Shown here piece by piece: positions 1-11,400 of a DNA stretch of 64,000 nucleotides. The stretch's first letter is position 1, and every line of letters begins with the position of its first letter. The stretch is from Eledone cirrhosa (lineage: Eukaryota), in assembly GCA_964016885.1 (NCBI GenBank), contig OZ024741.1:397854001-397918000 (forward strand), written 5' to 3'. Below the pieces are notes generated by a model. That model saw only the letters and a program-made list of their open reading frames with translations. It was not told where the DNA came from and ran no database searches. Made by a program: the position numbers and the translations under genes.

Positions 1-199
1 ATAGTCACCTAGTATCTACTAAACTACATCTTAGTATCTCTAGTCCCTCAATTGTCACCTAGTATCTACTAAACTATATCTTAGTCTCTCTAGTCCCTCA
101 ATTGTCACCTAGTATCTATTAACTATATCTTAATCTCTCTACTCCCTCAATAGTCACCTAGTATCTACTAAACTATATCTTAGTCTCTCTAGTCCCTCA

Positions 200-850
200 A
201 TAGTCACCTAGTATCTACTAAACTACATCTTAATATATCTAGTCCCTCAATTGTCACCTAGTATTTACTAAACTATATCTTAGTCTCTCTACTCTCTCCA
301 TAGTCACCTAGTATCTACTAAACTATATCTTAGTCTCTCTAGTCCCTCAATAGTCAACTAGTATCTACTAAACTATATTTTAGTCTCTCTACTCCCTCAA
401 TAGTCACCTAGTATCTACTAAACTATATTTAATCTCTCTACTCCCTCAATAGTCACCTAGTATCTACTAAACTATATCTTAGTCTCTCTACTCCCTCAAT
501 AGTCATCTAGTATCTACTAAACTACATCTTAGACTCTCTACTCCCTCAATAGTCACCTTGTATCTACTAAACTATATCATAGTCTCTCTAGTCCCTCAAT
601 AGTCAGCTAGTATCTACTAAACTATATCTTACACTCTCTACTCCCTCAATAGTCACCTAGTATCTACTAAACTATATCTTAGTCTCTCTAGACCCTCAAT
701 AGTCACCTATTATCTACTAAACTATATCTTAGTCTCTCTTGTCCCTCAATAGTCACCTAGTATCTACTAAACTATATCTTAGTCTCTCTAGTCCCTCAAT
801 GGTCACCTAGTTTCTAATAAACTATATCTTAGTCTCTCTACTCCCTCAAT
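200..850. repeat. First copy of a recurrent higher-order module of about 13 ordered variant monomers
   Basis: Ordered markers: taatatatctag (~231), ctccatag (~296), gtcaact/tattttag (~353-383), 49-bp tatttaat (~426), gtcatct/ttagact (~502-535), caccttgt (~554), gtcagct/ttacact (~602-635), tagaccc (~689), cctatta/cttgtcc (~706-744), aatggtc (~798). The same order recurs at ~4000-4560, 7200-7810, 27370-27980, 29070-29680, 40560-41160, 45200-45800, 55480-56090 and elsewhere. Confidence 0.9.
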
Positions 851-2049
851 AGTCACCTAGTATCTACTAAACTATATCTTAGTCTCTCTACTCCCTCAAT
901 AGTCACCTAGTATCTACTAAACTACATCTTAGTCTCTCTAGTCCCTCAATAGTCACCTAGTATCTACTAAACTATATCTTAGTCTCTCTAGTCCCTCAAT
1001 AGTCACCTAGTATCTACTAAACTATATCTTATCTCTCTACTCCCTCAATAGTCACCTAGTATCTACTAAACTATATCTTAGTCTCTCTAGTCCCTCAATA
1101 GTCACCTAGTATCTACTAAACTACATCTTACTCTCTCTAGTCCCTCAATTGTCACCTAGTATCTACTAAACTATATCTTAGTCTCTCTAGTCCCTCAATA
1201 GTCACCTAGTATCTACTAAACTATATCTTAGTCTCTCTAGTCCCTCAATAGTCACCTAGTATCTACTAAACTACATCTTAGTCTCTCTAGTCCCTCAATT
1301 GTCACCTAGTATCTACTAAATTATATCTTAATCTCTCTACTCCCTCAATAGTCACCTAGTATCTACTAAACTACATCTTATTCTCTCTAGTCCCTCAATT
1401 GTCACCTAGTATCTACTAAACTATATCTTAGTCTCTCTAGTCCCTCAATAGTCACCTAGTATCTACTAAACTATATCTTAGTCTCTCTACTCCCTCAATA
1501 GTGACCTAGTATCTACTAAACTATATCTTAGTCTCTCTACTCCCTCAATAGTCACCTAGTATCTACTAAACTACATCTTATACTCGCTACTCCCTCAATA
1601 GTCACCTAGTATCTACTAAACTACATGTTATCGCTCTAGTCCCTCAATAGTCACCTAATATCTACTAAACTATATCTTAGTCTCTCAACTCCCTCAATAG
1701 TCACGTAGTATCTACTGAACTATATCTTAGTCTCTCTACTCCCTCAATAGTCACCTAGTATCTACTAAACTACATCTTATACTCGCTACTCCCTCAATAG
1801 TCACCAAGTATCTACTAAACTACATCTTAGTCTCTCTACACCCTCAATAGTCACCTAGTATCTACTAAACTATATCTTAGTCTCTCTAGTCCCTCAATAG
1901 TCACCTAGTATCTACTAAACTACATCTTAGTCTCTCTAGTCCCTCAATAGTCACCTAGTATCTACTAAACTATATCTTACACTCTCTACTCCCTCAATAG
2001 TCACCTACTATATACTAAACAATATCTTAGTCTCTTTAGTCCCTCAATA

Positions 2050-5000
2050 GTCACCTAGTATCTACTAAACTATATCTTACATTCTCTACTCCCTCAATAG
2101 TCACCTGGTATCTACTAAACTATATCTTACACTCTCTACTCCGTCAATAGTCACATAGTATCTACTAAACTATATCTTAGTCTCTCTAGTCTTTCAATAG
2201 TCACCTAGTATCTACTAAACTACATCTTAGTCTCTCTAGTCCCTCAATAGTCACCTAGTATCTACTAAACTATATCTTACACTCTCTACTCCCTCAATAG
2301 TCACCTAGTATCTACTAAACTATATCTTACACTCTCTACTCCCTCAATAGTCACCTAGTATCTACTAAACTATATCTTAGTCTCTCTAGTCCCTCAATAG
2401 TCACCTACTATCTACTAAACTATATCTTAGTCTCTCTAGTCCCTCAATAGTCACCTAGTATCTACTAAACTATATCTTACACACTCTACTCCCTCAATAG
2501 TCATCTAGTATCTACTAGACTATATCTTAGACTCTCTAGCCCCTCAATAGTCACCTAGTATCTACTAAACTATATCTTAGTCTCTCTACTCCCTCAATAG
2601 TCACCTAGTATCTACTAAACTACATCTTATACTCTCTACTCCCTCAATAGTCACCTAGTATCTACTAAACTACATCTTAGTCTCTCTACTCCCTCAATAG
2701 TCACCTAGTATCTACTAAACTATATCTTTGTCTCTCTAGTCTTTCAATAGTCACCTAGTATCTACTAAACTACATCTTAGTCTCTCTAGTCCCTCAATAG
2801 TCACCTAGTATCTACTAAACTATATCTTACACTCTCTACTCCCTCAATAATCACCTAGTATCTACTAAACTATATCTTACACTCTCTACTCCCTCAATAG
2901 TCACCTAGTATCTACTAAACTATATCTTAGTCTCTCTAGTCCCTCAATAGTCACCTAGTATCTACTAAACTATATCTTACACTCTCTACTCCCTCAATAA
3001 TCACCTAGTATCTACTAAACTATATCTTAGTCTCTCTACTCCCTCAATAGTCACCTAGTATCTACTAAACTATATCTTAGTCTCTCTAGTCTCTCAATAG
3101 TCACCTAGTATCTACTAAACTATATCTTAGTCTCTCTACTCCCTCAAAAGTCACCTAGTATCTACTAAACTACATCTTATACTCTCTACTCCCTCAATAG
3201 TCACGTAGTATCTACTAAACTACATCTTAGTCTCTCTATTCCCTCAATAGTCACCTAGTATCTACTAAACTATATCTTAGTCTCTCTAGTCTTTCAATAG
3301 TCACCTAGTATCTACTAAACTACATCTTAGTCTCTCTAGTTCCTCAATAGTCACCTAGTATCTACTAAACTATATCTTAGTCTCTCTACTCCCTCAATAG
3401 TCACCTAGTATCTACTAAACTATATCTTAGTCTCTCTAGTCCCTCAATAGTCACCTAGTATCTACTAAACTATATCTTAGTCTCTCTACTCCCTCAATAG
3501 TCACCTAGTATCTACTAAACTACATCTTATACTCTCTACTCCCTCAATAGTCACCTAGTATCTACTAAACTACACCTTAGTCTCTCTACTCCTTCAATAG
3601 TCACCTAGTATCTACTAAACTATATCTTAGTCTCTCTAGTCTTTCAATAGTCACCTAGTATCTACTAAACTACATCTTAGTCTCTCTAGTCCCTCAATAG
3701 TCACCTAGTATCTACTAAACTATATCTTACACTCTCTACTCCCTCAATAGTCACCTAGTATCTACTAAACTATATCTTAGTCTCTCTACTCCCTCAATAG
3801 TCACCTAGTATCTACTAAACTACATCTTAGTATCTCTAGTCCCTCAATTGTCACCTAGTATCTACTAAACTATATCTTAGTCTCTCTAGTCCCTCAATTG
3901 TCACCTACTATCTATTAACTATATCTTAATCTCTCTACTCCCTCAATAGTCACCTAGTATCTACTAAACTATATCTTAGTCTCTCTAGTCCCTCAATAGT
4001 CACCTAGTATCTACTAAACTACATCTTAATATATCTAGTCCCTCAATTGTCACCTAGTATTTACTAAACTATATCTTAGTCTCTCTACTCTCTCCATAGT
4101 CACCTAGTATCTACTAAACTATATCTTAGTCTCTCTAGTCCCTCAATAGTCAACTAGTATCTACTAAACTATATTTTAGTCTCTCTAGTCCCTCAATAGT
4201 CACCTAGTATCTACTAAACTATATCTTAGTCTCTCTACTCCCTCAATAGTCATCTAGTATCTACTAAACTACATCTTAGACTCTCTACTCCCTCAATAGT
4301 CACCTTGTATCTACTAAACTATATCTTAGTCTCTCTAGTCCCTCAATAGTCAGCTAGTATCTACTAAACTATATCTTACACTCTCTACTCCCTCAATAGT
4401 CACCTAGTATCTACTAAACTATATCTTAGTCTCTCTAGACCCTCAATAGTCACCTATTATCTACTAAACTATATCTTAGTCTCTCTTGTCCCTCAATAGT
4501 CACCTAGTATCTACTAAACTATATCTTAGTCTCTCTAGTCCCTCAATGGTCACCTAGTTTCTAATAAACTATATCTTAGTCTCTCTACTCCCTCAATAGT
4601 CACCTAGTATCTACTAAACTACATCTTAGTCTCTCTAGTCCCTCAATAGTCACCTAGTATCTACTAAACTATATCTTAGTCTCTCTAGTCCCTCAATAGT
4701 CACCTAGTATCTACTAAACTATATCTTATCTCTCTACTCCCTCAATAGTCACCTAGTATCTACTAAACTATATCTTAGTCTCTCTAGTCCCTCAATAGTC
4801 ACCTAGTATCTACTAAACTACATCTTACTCTCTCTAGTCCCTCAATTGTCACCTAGTATCTACTAAACTATATCTTAGTCTCTCTAGTCCCTCAATAGTC
4901 ACCTAGTATCTACTAAACTATATCTTAGTCTCTCTTTTCCCTCAATAGTCACCTAGTATCTACTAAACTACATCTTATTCTCTCTACTCCATCAATAGTC

Positions 5001-8000
5001 ACCTAGTATCTACTAAACTATATCTTAGTCTCTCTAGTCCCTCAATAGTCACCTAGTATCTACTAAACTATATCTTTGTCTCTCTAGTCCCTCAATAGTC
5101 ACCTAGTATCTACTAAACTATATCTTACACTCTCTACTCCCTCAATAGGCACCTAGTATCTACTAAACTATATCTTACACTCTGGACTCCCTCAATAGGC
5201 ACCTAGTATCTACTAAACTACATCTTAGTCTCTCTAGTCCCTCAATAGTCACCTAGTATCTACTAAACTATATCTTACATTCTCTACTCCCTCAATAGTC
5301 ACCTGGTATCTACTAAACTATATCTTACACTCTCTACTCCGTCAATAGTCACATAGTATCTACTAAACTATATCTTAGTCTCTCTAGTCTTTCAATAGTC
5401 ACCTAGTATCTACTAAACTACATCTTAGTCTCTCTAGTCCCTCAATAGTCACCTAGTATCTACTAAACTATATCTTACACTCTCTACTCCCTCAATAGTC
5501 ACCTAGTATCTACTAAACTATATCTTACACTCTCTACTCCCTCAATAGTCACCTAGTATCTACTAAACTATATCTTAGTCTCTCTAGTCCCTCAATAGTC
5601 ACCTACTATCTACTAAACTATATCTTAGTCTCTCTAGTCCCTCAATAGTCACCTAGTATCTACTAAACTATATCTTACACACTCTACTCCCTCAATAGTC
5701 ATCTAGTATCTACTAGACTATATCTTAGACTCTCTAGCCCCTCAATAGTCACCTAGTATCTACTAAACTATATCTTAGTCTCTCTACTCCCTCAATAGTC
5801 ACCTAGTATCTACTAAACTACATCTTATACTCTCTACTCCCTCAATAGTCACCTAGTATCTACTAAACTACATCTTAGTCTCTCTACTCCCTCAATAGTC
5901 ACCTAGTATCTACTAAACTATATCTTTGTCTCTCTAGTCTTTCAATAGTCACCTAGTATCTACTAAACTACATCTTAGTCTCTCTAGTCCCTCAATAGTC
6001 ACCTAGTATCTACTAAACTATATCTTACACTCTCTACTCCCTCAATAATCACCTAGTATCTACTAAACTATATCTTACACTCTCTACTCCCTCAATAGTC
6101 ACCTAGTATCTACTAAACTATATCTTAGTCTCTCTAGTCCCTCAATAGTCACCTAGTATCTACTAAACTATATCTTACACTCTCTACTCCCTCAATAATC
6201 ACCTAGTATCTACTAAACTATATCTTAGTCTCTCTACTCCCTCAATAGTCACCTAGTATCTACTAAACTATATCTTAGTCTCTCTAGTCTCTCAATAGTC
6301 ACCTAGTATCTACTAAACTATATCTTAGTCTCTCTACTCCCTCAAAAGTCACCTAGTATCTACTAAACTACATCTTATACTCTCTACTCCCTCAATAGTC
6401 ACGTAGTATCTACTAAACTACATCTTAGTCTCTCTATTCCCTCAATAGTCACCTAGTATCTACTAAACTATATCTTAGTCTCTCTAGTCTTTCAATAGTC
6501 ACCTAGTATCTACTAAACTACATCTTAGTCTCTCTAGTTCCTCAATAGTCACCTAGTATCTACTAAACTATATCTTAGTCTCTCTACTCCCTCAATAGTC
6601 ACCTAGTATCTACTAAACTATATCTTAGTCTCTCTAGTCCCTCAATAGTCACCTAGTATCTACTAAACTATATCTTAGTCTCTCTACTCCCTCAATAGTC
6701 ACCTAGTATCTACTAAACTACATCTTATACTCTCTACTCCCTCAATAGTCACCTAGTATCTACTAAACTACACCTTAGTCTCTCTACTCCTTCAATAGTC
6801 ACCTAGTATCTACTAAACTATATCTTAGTCTCTCTAGTCTTTCAATAGTCACCTAGTATCTACTAAACTACATCTTAGTCTCTCTAGTCCCTCAATAGTC
6901 ACCTAGTATCTACTAAACTATATCTTACACTCTCTACTCCCTCAATAGTCACCTAGTATCTACTAAACTATATCTTAGTCTCTCTACTCCCTCAATAGTC
7001 ACCTAGTATCTACTAAACTACATCTTAGTATCTCTAGTCCCTCAATTGTCACCTAGTATCTACTAAACTATATCTTAGTCTCTCTAGTCCCTCAATTGTC
7101 ACCTACTATCTATTAACTATATCTTAATCTCTCTACTCCCTCAATAGTCACCTAGTATCTACTAAACTATATCTTAGTCTCTCTAGTCCCTCAATAGTCA
7201 CCTAGTATCTACTAAACTACATCTTAATATATCTAGTCCCTCAATTGTCACCTAGTATTTACTAAACTATATCTTAGTCTCTCTACTCTCTCCATAGTCA
7301 CCTAGTATCTACTAAACTATATCTTAGTCTCTCTAGTCCCTCAATAGTCAACTAGTATCTACTAAACTATATTTTAGTCTCTCTAGTCCCTCAATAGTCA
7401 CCTAGTATCTACTAAACTATATTTAATCTCTCTACTCCCTCAATAGTCACCTAGTATCTACTAAACTATATCTTAGTCTCTCTACTCCCTCAATAGTCAT
7501 CTAGTATCTACTAAACTACATCTTAGACTCTCTACTCCCTCAATAGTCACCTTGTATCTACTAAACTATATCTTAGTCTCTCTAGTCCCTCAATAGTCAG
7601 CTAGTATCTACTAAACTATATCTTACACTCTCTACTCCCTCAATAGTCACCTAGTATCTACTAAACTATATCTTAGTCTCTCTAGACCCTCAATAGTCAC
7701 CTATTATCTACTAAACTATATCTTAGTCTCTCTTGTCCCTCAATAGTCACCTAGTATCTACTAAACTATATCTTAGTCTCTCTAGTCCCTCAATGGTCAC
7801 CTAGTTTCTAATAAACTATATCTTAGTCTCTCTACTCCCTCAATAGTCACCTAGTATCTACTAAACTACATCTTAGTCTCTCTAGTCCCTCAATAGTCAC
7901 CTAGTATCTACTAAACTATATCTTAGTCTCTCTAGTCCCTCAATAGTCACCTAGTATCTACTAAACTATATCTTATCTCTCTACTCCCTCAATAGTCACC

Positions 8001-8490
8001 TAGTATCTACTAAACTATATCTTAGTCTCTCTAGTCCCTCAATAGTCACCTAGTATCTACTAAACTACATCTTACTCTCTCTAGTCCCTCAATTGTCACC
8101 TAGTATCTACTAAACTATATCTTAGTCTCTCTAGTCCCTCAATAGTCACCTAGTATCTACTAAACTATATCTTAGTCTCTCTTTTCCCTCAATAGTCACC
8201 TAGTATCTACTAAACTACATCTTATTCTCTCTACTCCATCAATAGTCACCTAGTATCTACTAAACTATATCTTAGTCTCTCTAGTCCCTCAATAGTCACC
8301 TAGTATCTACTAAACTATATCTTTGTCTCTCTAGTCCCTCAATAGTCACCTAGTATCTACTAAACTATATCTTACACTCTCTACTCCCTCAATAGGCACC
8401 TAGTATCTACTAAACTATATCTTACACTCTCGACTCCCTCAATAGGCACCTAGTATCTACTAAACTACATCTTAGTCTCTCTAGTCCCTC
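2050..8490. repeat. Tandem segmental duplication, period 3198 bp (64 monomers), becoming 3247 bp after one extra 49-bp monomer
   Basis: Rare variants at constant offset 3198: acctgg 2103/5301, gtcaatagtcacat 2143/5341, ctcaaaag 3143/6341, caccttag 3573/6771. After the extra monomer at ~7395-7443, cttttcc 4934/8181 gives offset 3247. Confidence 0.92.
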
Positions 8491-11400
8491 AATAGTCACC
8501 TAGTATCTACTAAACTATATCTTAGTCTCTCTAGTCCCTCAATAGTCACGTAGTATCTACTAAACTATATCTTATCTCTCTACTCCCTCAATAGTCACCT
8601 AGTATCTACTAAACTATATCTTAGTCTCTCTAGTCCCTCAATAGTCACCTAGTATCTACCAAACTATATCTTACACTCTCTACTCCCTCAATAGTCACCT
8701 AGTATCTACTAAACTACATCTTAGTCTCTCTAGTCCCTCAATTGTCACCTAGTATCTATTAACTATATCTTAATCTCTCTACTCCCACAATAGTCACCTA
8801 GTATCTACTAAACTATATCTTAGTCTCTCTAGTCCCTCAATAGTCACCTAGTATCTACTAAACTATATCTTACACTCTCTACTCCCTCAATAGTCACCTA
8901 GTATCTACTAAACTATATCTGACACTCTCTACTCCCTCAATAGGCACCTAGTATCTACTAAACTACATCTTAGACTCTCTAGTCCCTCAATTGTCACCTA
9001 GTATCTATTAAACTATATCCTACTCTCTCTAGTCCCTCAATAGTCACCTAGTATCTACTAAACTATATCTTACACTCTCTACTCCCTCAATAGTCACCTA
9101 GTATCTACTGAACTACATCTTAATATATCTAGTCCCTCAATTGTCACCTAGTATCTACTAAACTATATCTTAGTCTCTCTACTCCCTCCATAGTCACCTA
9201 GTATCTATTAAACTATATCTTAGACTCTCTAGTCCCTCAATAGTCAACTAGTATCTACTAAACTATATCTTAGTCTCTCTAGTCCCTTAATAGTCACCTA
9301 GTATCTACTAAACTATATTTAATCTCTGTACTCCCTCAATAGTCACCTAGTATCTACTAAACTACATCTTAGTCTCTCTAGTCCCTCAATAGTCACCTAG
9401 TATCTATTAACTACATCTTAGTCTCTCTACTCCCTCAATAGTCACCTGGTATCTACTAAACTATATCTTAGTCTCTCTAGTCCCTCAATAGTCACCTAGT
9501 ATCTACTAAACTACATCTTAGTCTCTCTAGTCTCTCAATAGTCACTTAGTATCTACTAAACTATATCTTACACTCTCTACTCCCTCAATAGTCACCTAGT
9601 ATCTACTAAACTATATCTTACACTCTCTTCTCCCTCAATAGTCACCTAGTATCTACTAAACTACATCTTAGTCTCTCTGGTCCCTCAATAGTCACCTAGT
9701 ATCTACTAAACTATATCTTACACTCTCTACTCGTTCAATAGTCACCTAGTATCTATTAAACTATATCTTACACTCTCTACTCCCTCAATAGGCACCTAGT
9801 ATCTACTAAACTACATCTTAGGCTCTCTAGTCCCTCAATAGTCACCTAGTATCTATTAAACTATATCTTAGTCTCTCAAGTCCCTCAATAGTCACCTAGT
9901 ATCTACTAAACTATATCTTTGACTCTCTACTCCGTCAATAGTCACCTAGTGTGTACTAAACTACATCTTAGTCTCTCTAGTCCCTCAATTGTCACTTAGT
10001 ATCTACTAAACTATATCTTAATCTCTCTACTCCCTCAATAGTCACCTAGTATCTACTAAACTACATCTTAGTCTCTCTAGTCCCTCAATAGTCACCTAGT
10101 ATCTACTAAACTATATCTTACACTCTCTACTCCCTCAATAGTCACCTAGTATCTACTAAACTACATCTTAGTATCTCTAGTCCCTCAATTGTCACCTAGT
10201 ATCTACTAAACTATATCTTACACTCTCTACTCCCTCAATAGTCACCTAGTATCTACTAAACTACATCTTAGTCTCTCTAGTCCCTCAATAGTCACCTACT
10301 ATCTACTAAACTATATCTTAGTTTCTCTAGTCCCTCAATAGTCACCTAGTATCTATTAAACTATATCATAGTCTCTCTACTCCCTCAATAGTCACCTAGT
10401 ATCTACTAAACTACATCTTAGTCTGTCTTGTCCCTCAATAGTCAACTAGTATCTATTAAACTATATGTTAGTCTCTCTAGTCCCTCAATAGTCACCTAGT
10501 ATCTAGTAAACTATATCTTACACTCTCTACTCCCTCAATAGTCACCTAGTATCTACTAAACTACATCTTAGTATCTCTAGTCCCTCAATTGTCACCTAGT
10601 ACCTACTAAACTATATCTTAGTCTCTCTACTCCCTCAATAGTCATCTAGTATCTACTAAACTACATCTTAGACTCTCTACTCCCTCAATAGTCACCTTGT
10701 ATCTACTAAACTATATCTTAGTCTCTCTAGTCCCTCAATAGTCAGCTAGTATCTACTAAACTATATCTTACACTCTCTACTCCTTCAATAGTCACCTAGT
10801 ATCTACTTAACTATATCTTAGTCTCTCTAGACCCTCAATAGTCACCTATTATCTACTAAACTATATCTTAGTCTCTCTTGTCCCTCAATAGTCACCTAGT
10901 ATCTACTAAACTATATCTTAGTCTCTCTAGTCCCTCAATGGTCACCTAGTTTCTAATAAACTATATCTTAGTCTCTCTACTCCCTCAATAGTCACCTAGT
11001 ATCTACTAAACTATATCTTAGTCTCTCTACTCCCTCAATAGTCACCTAGTATCTACTAAACTACATCTTAGTCTCTCTAGTCCCTCAATAGTCACCTAGT
11101 ATCTACTAAACTATATCTTAGTCTCTCTAGTCCCTCAATAGTCACCTAGTATCTACTAAACTATATCTTATCTCTCTACTCCCTCAATAGTCACCTAGTA
11201 TCTACTAAACTATATCTTAGTCTCTCTAGTCCCTCAATAGTCACCTAGTATCTACTAAAGTACATCTTACTCTCTCTAGTCCCTCAATTGTCACCTAGTA
11301 TCTACTAAACTATATCTTAGTCTCTCTAGTCCCTCAATAGTCACCTAGTATCTACTAAACTATATCTTAGTCTCTCTAGTCCCTCAATAGTCATCTAGTA

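Noticed and set aside
36-40. GAGAG (GAGA-factor) and GATA-like motifs on the - strand of each monomer
   Set aside because: These are very short motifs expected by chance in TC-rich sequence. The GATA matches are not the WGATAR consensus, and the organism is unknown.
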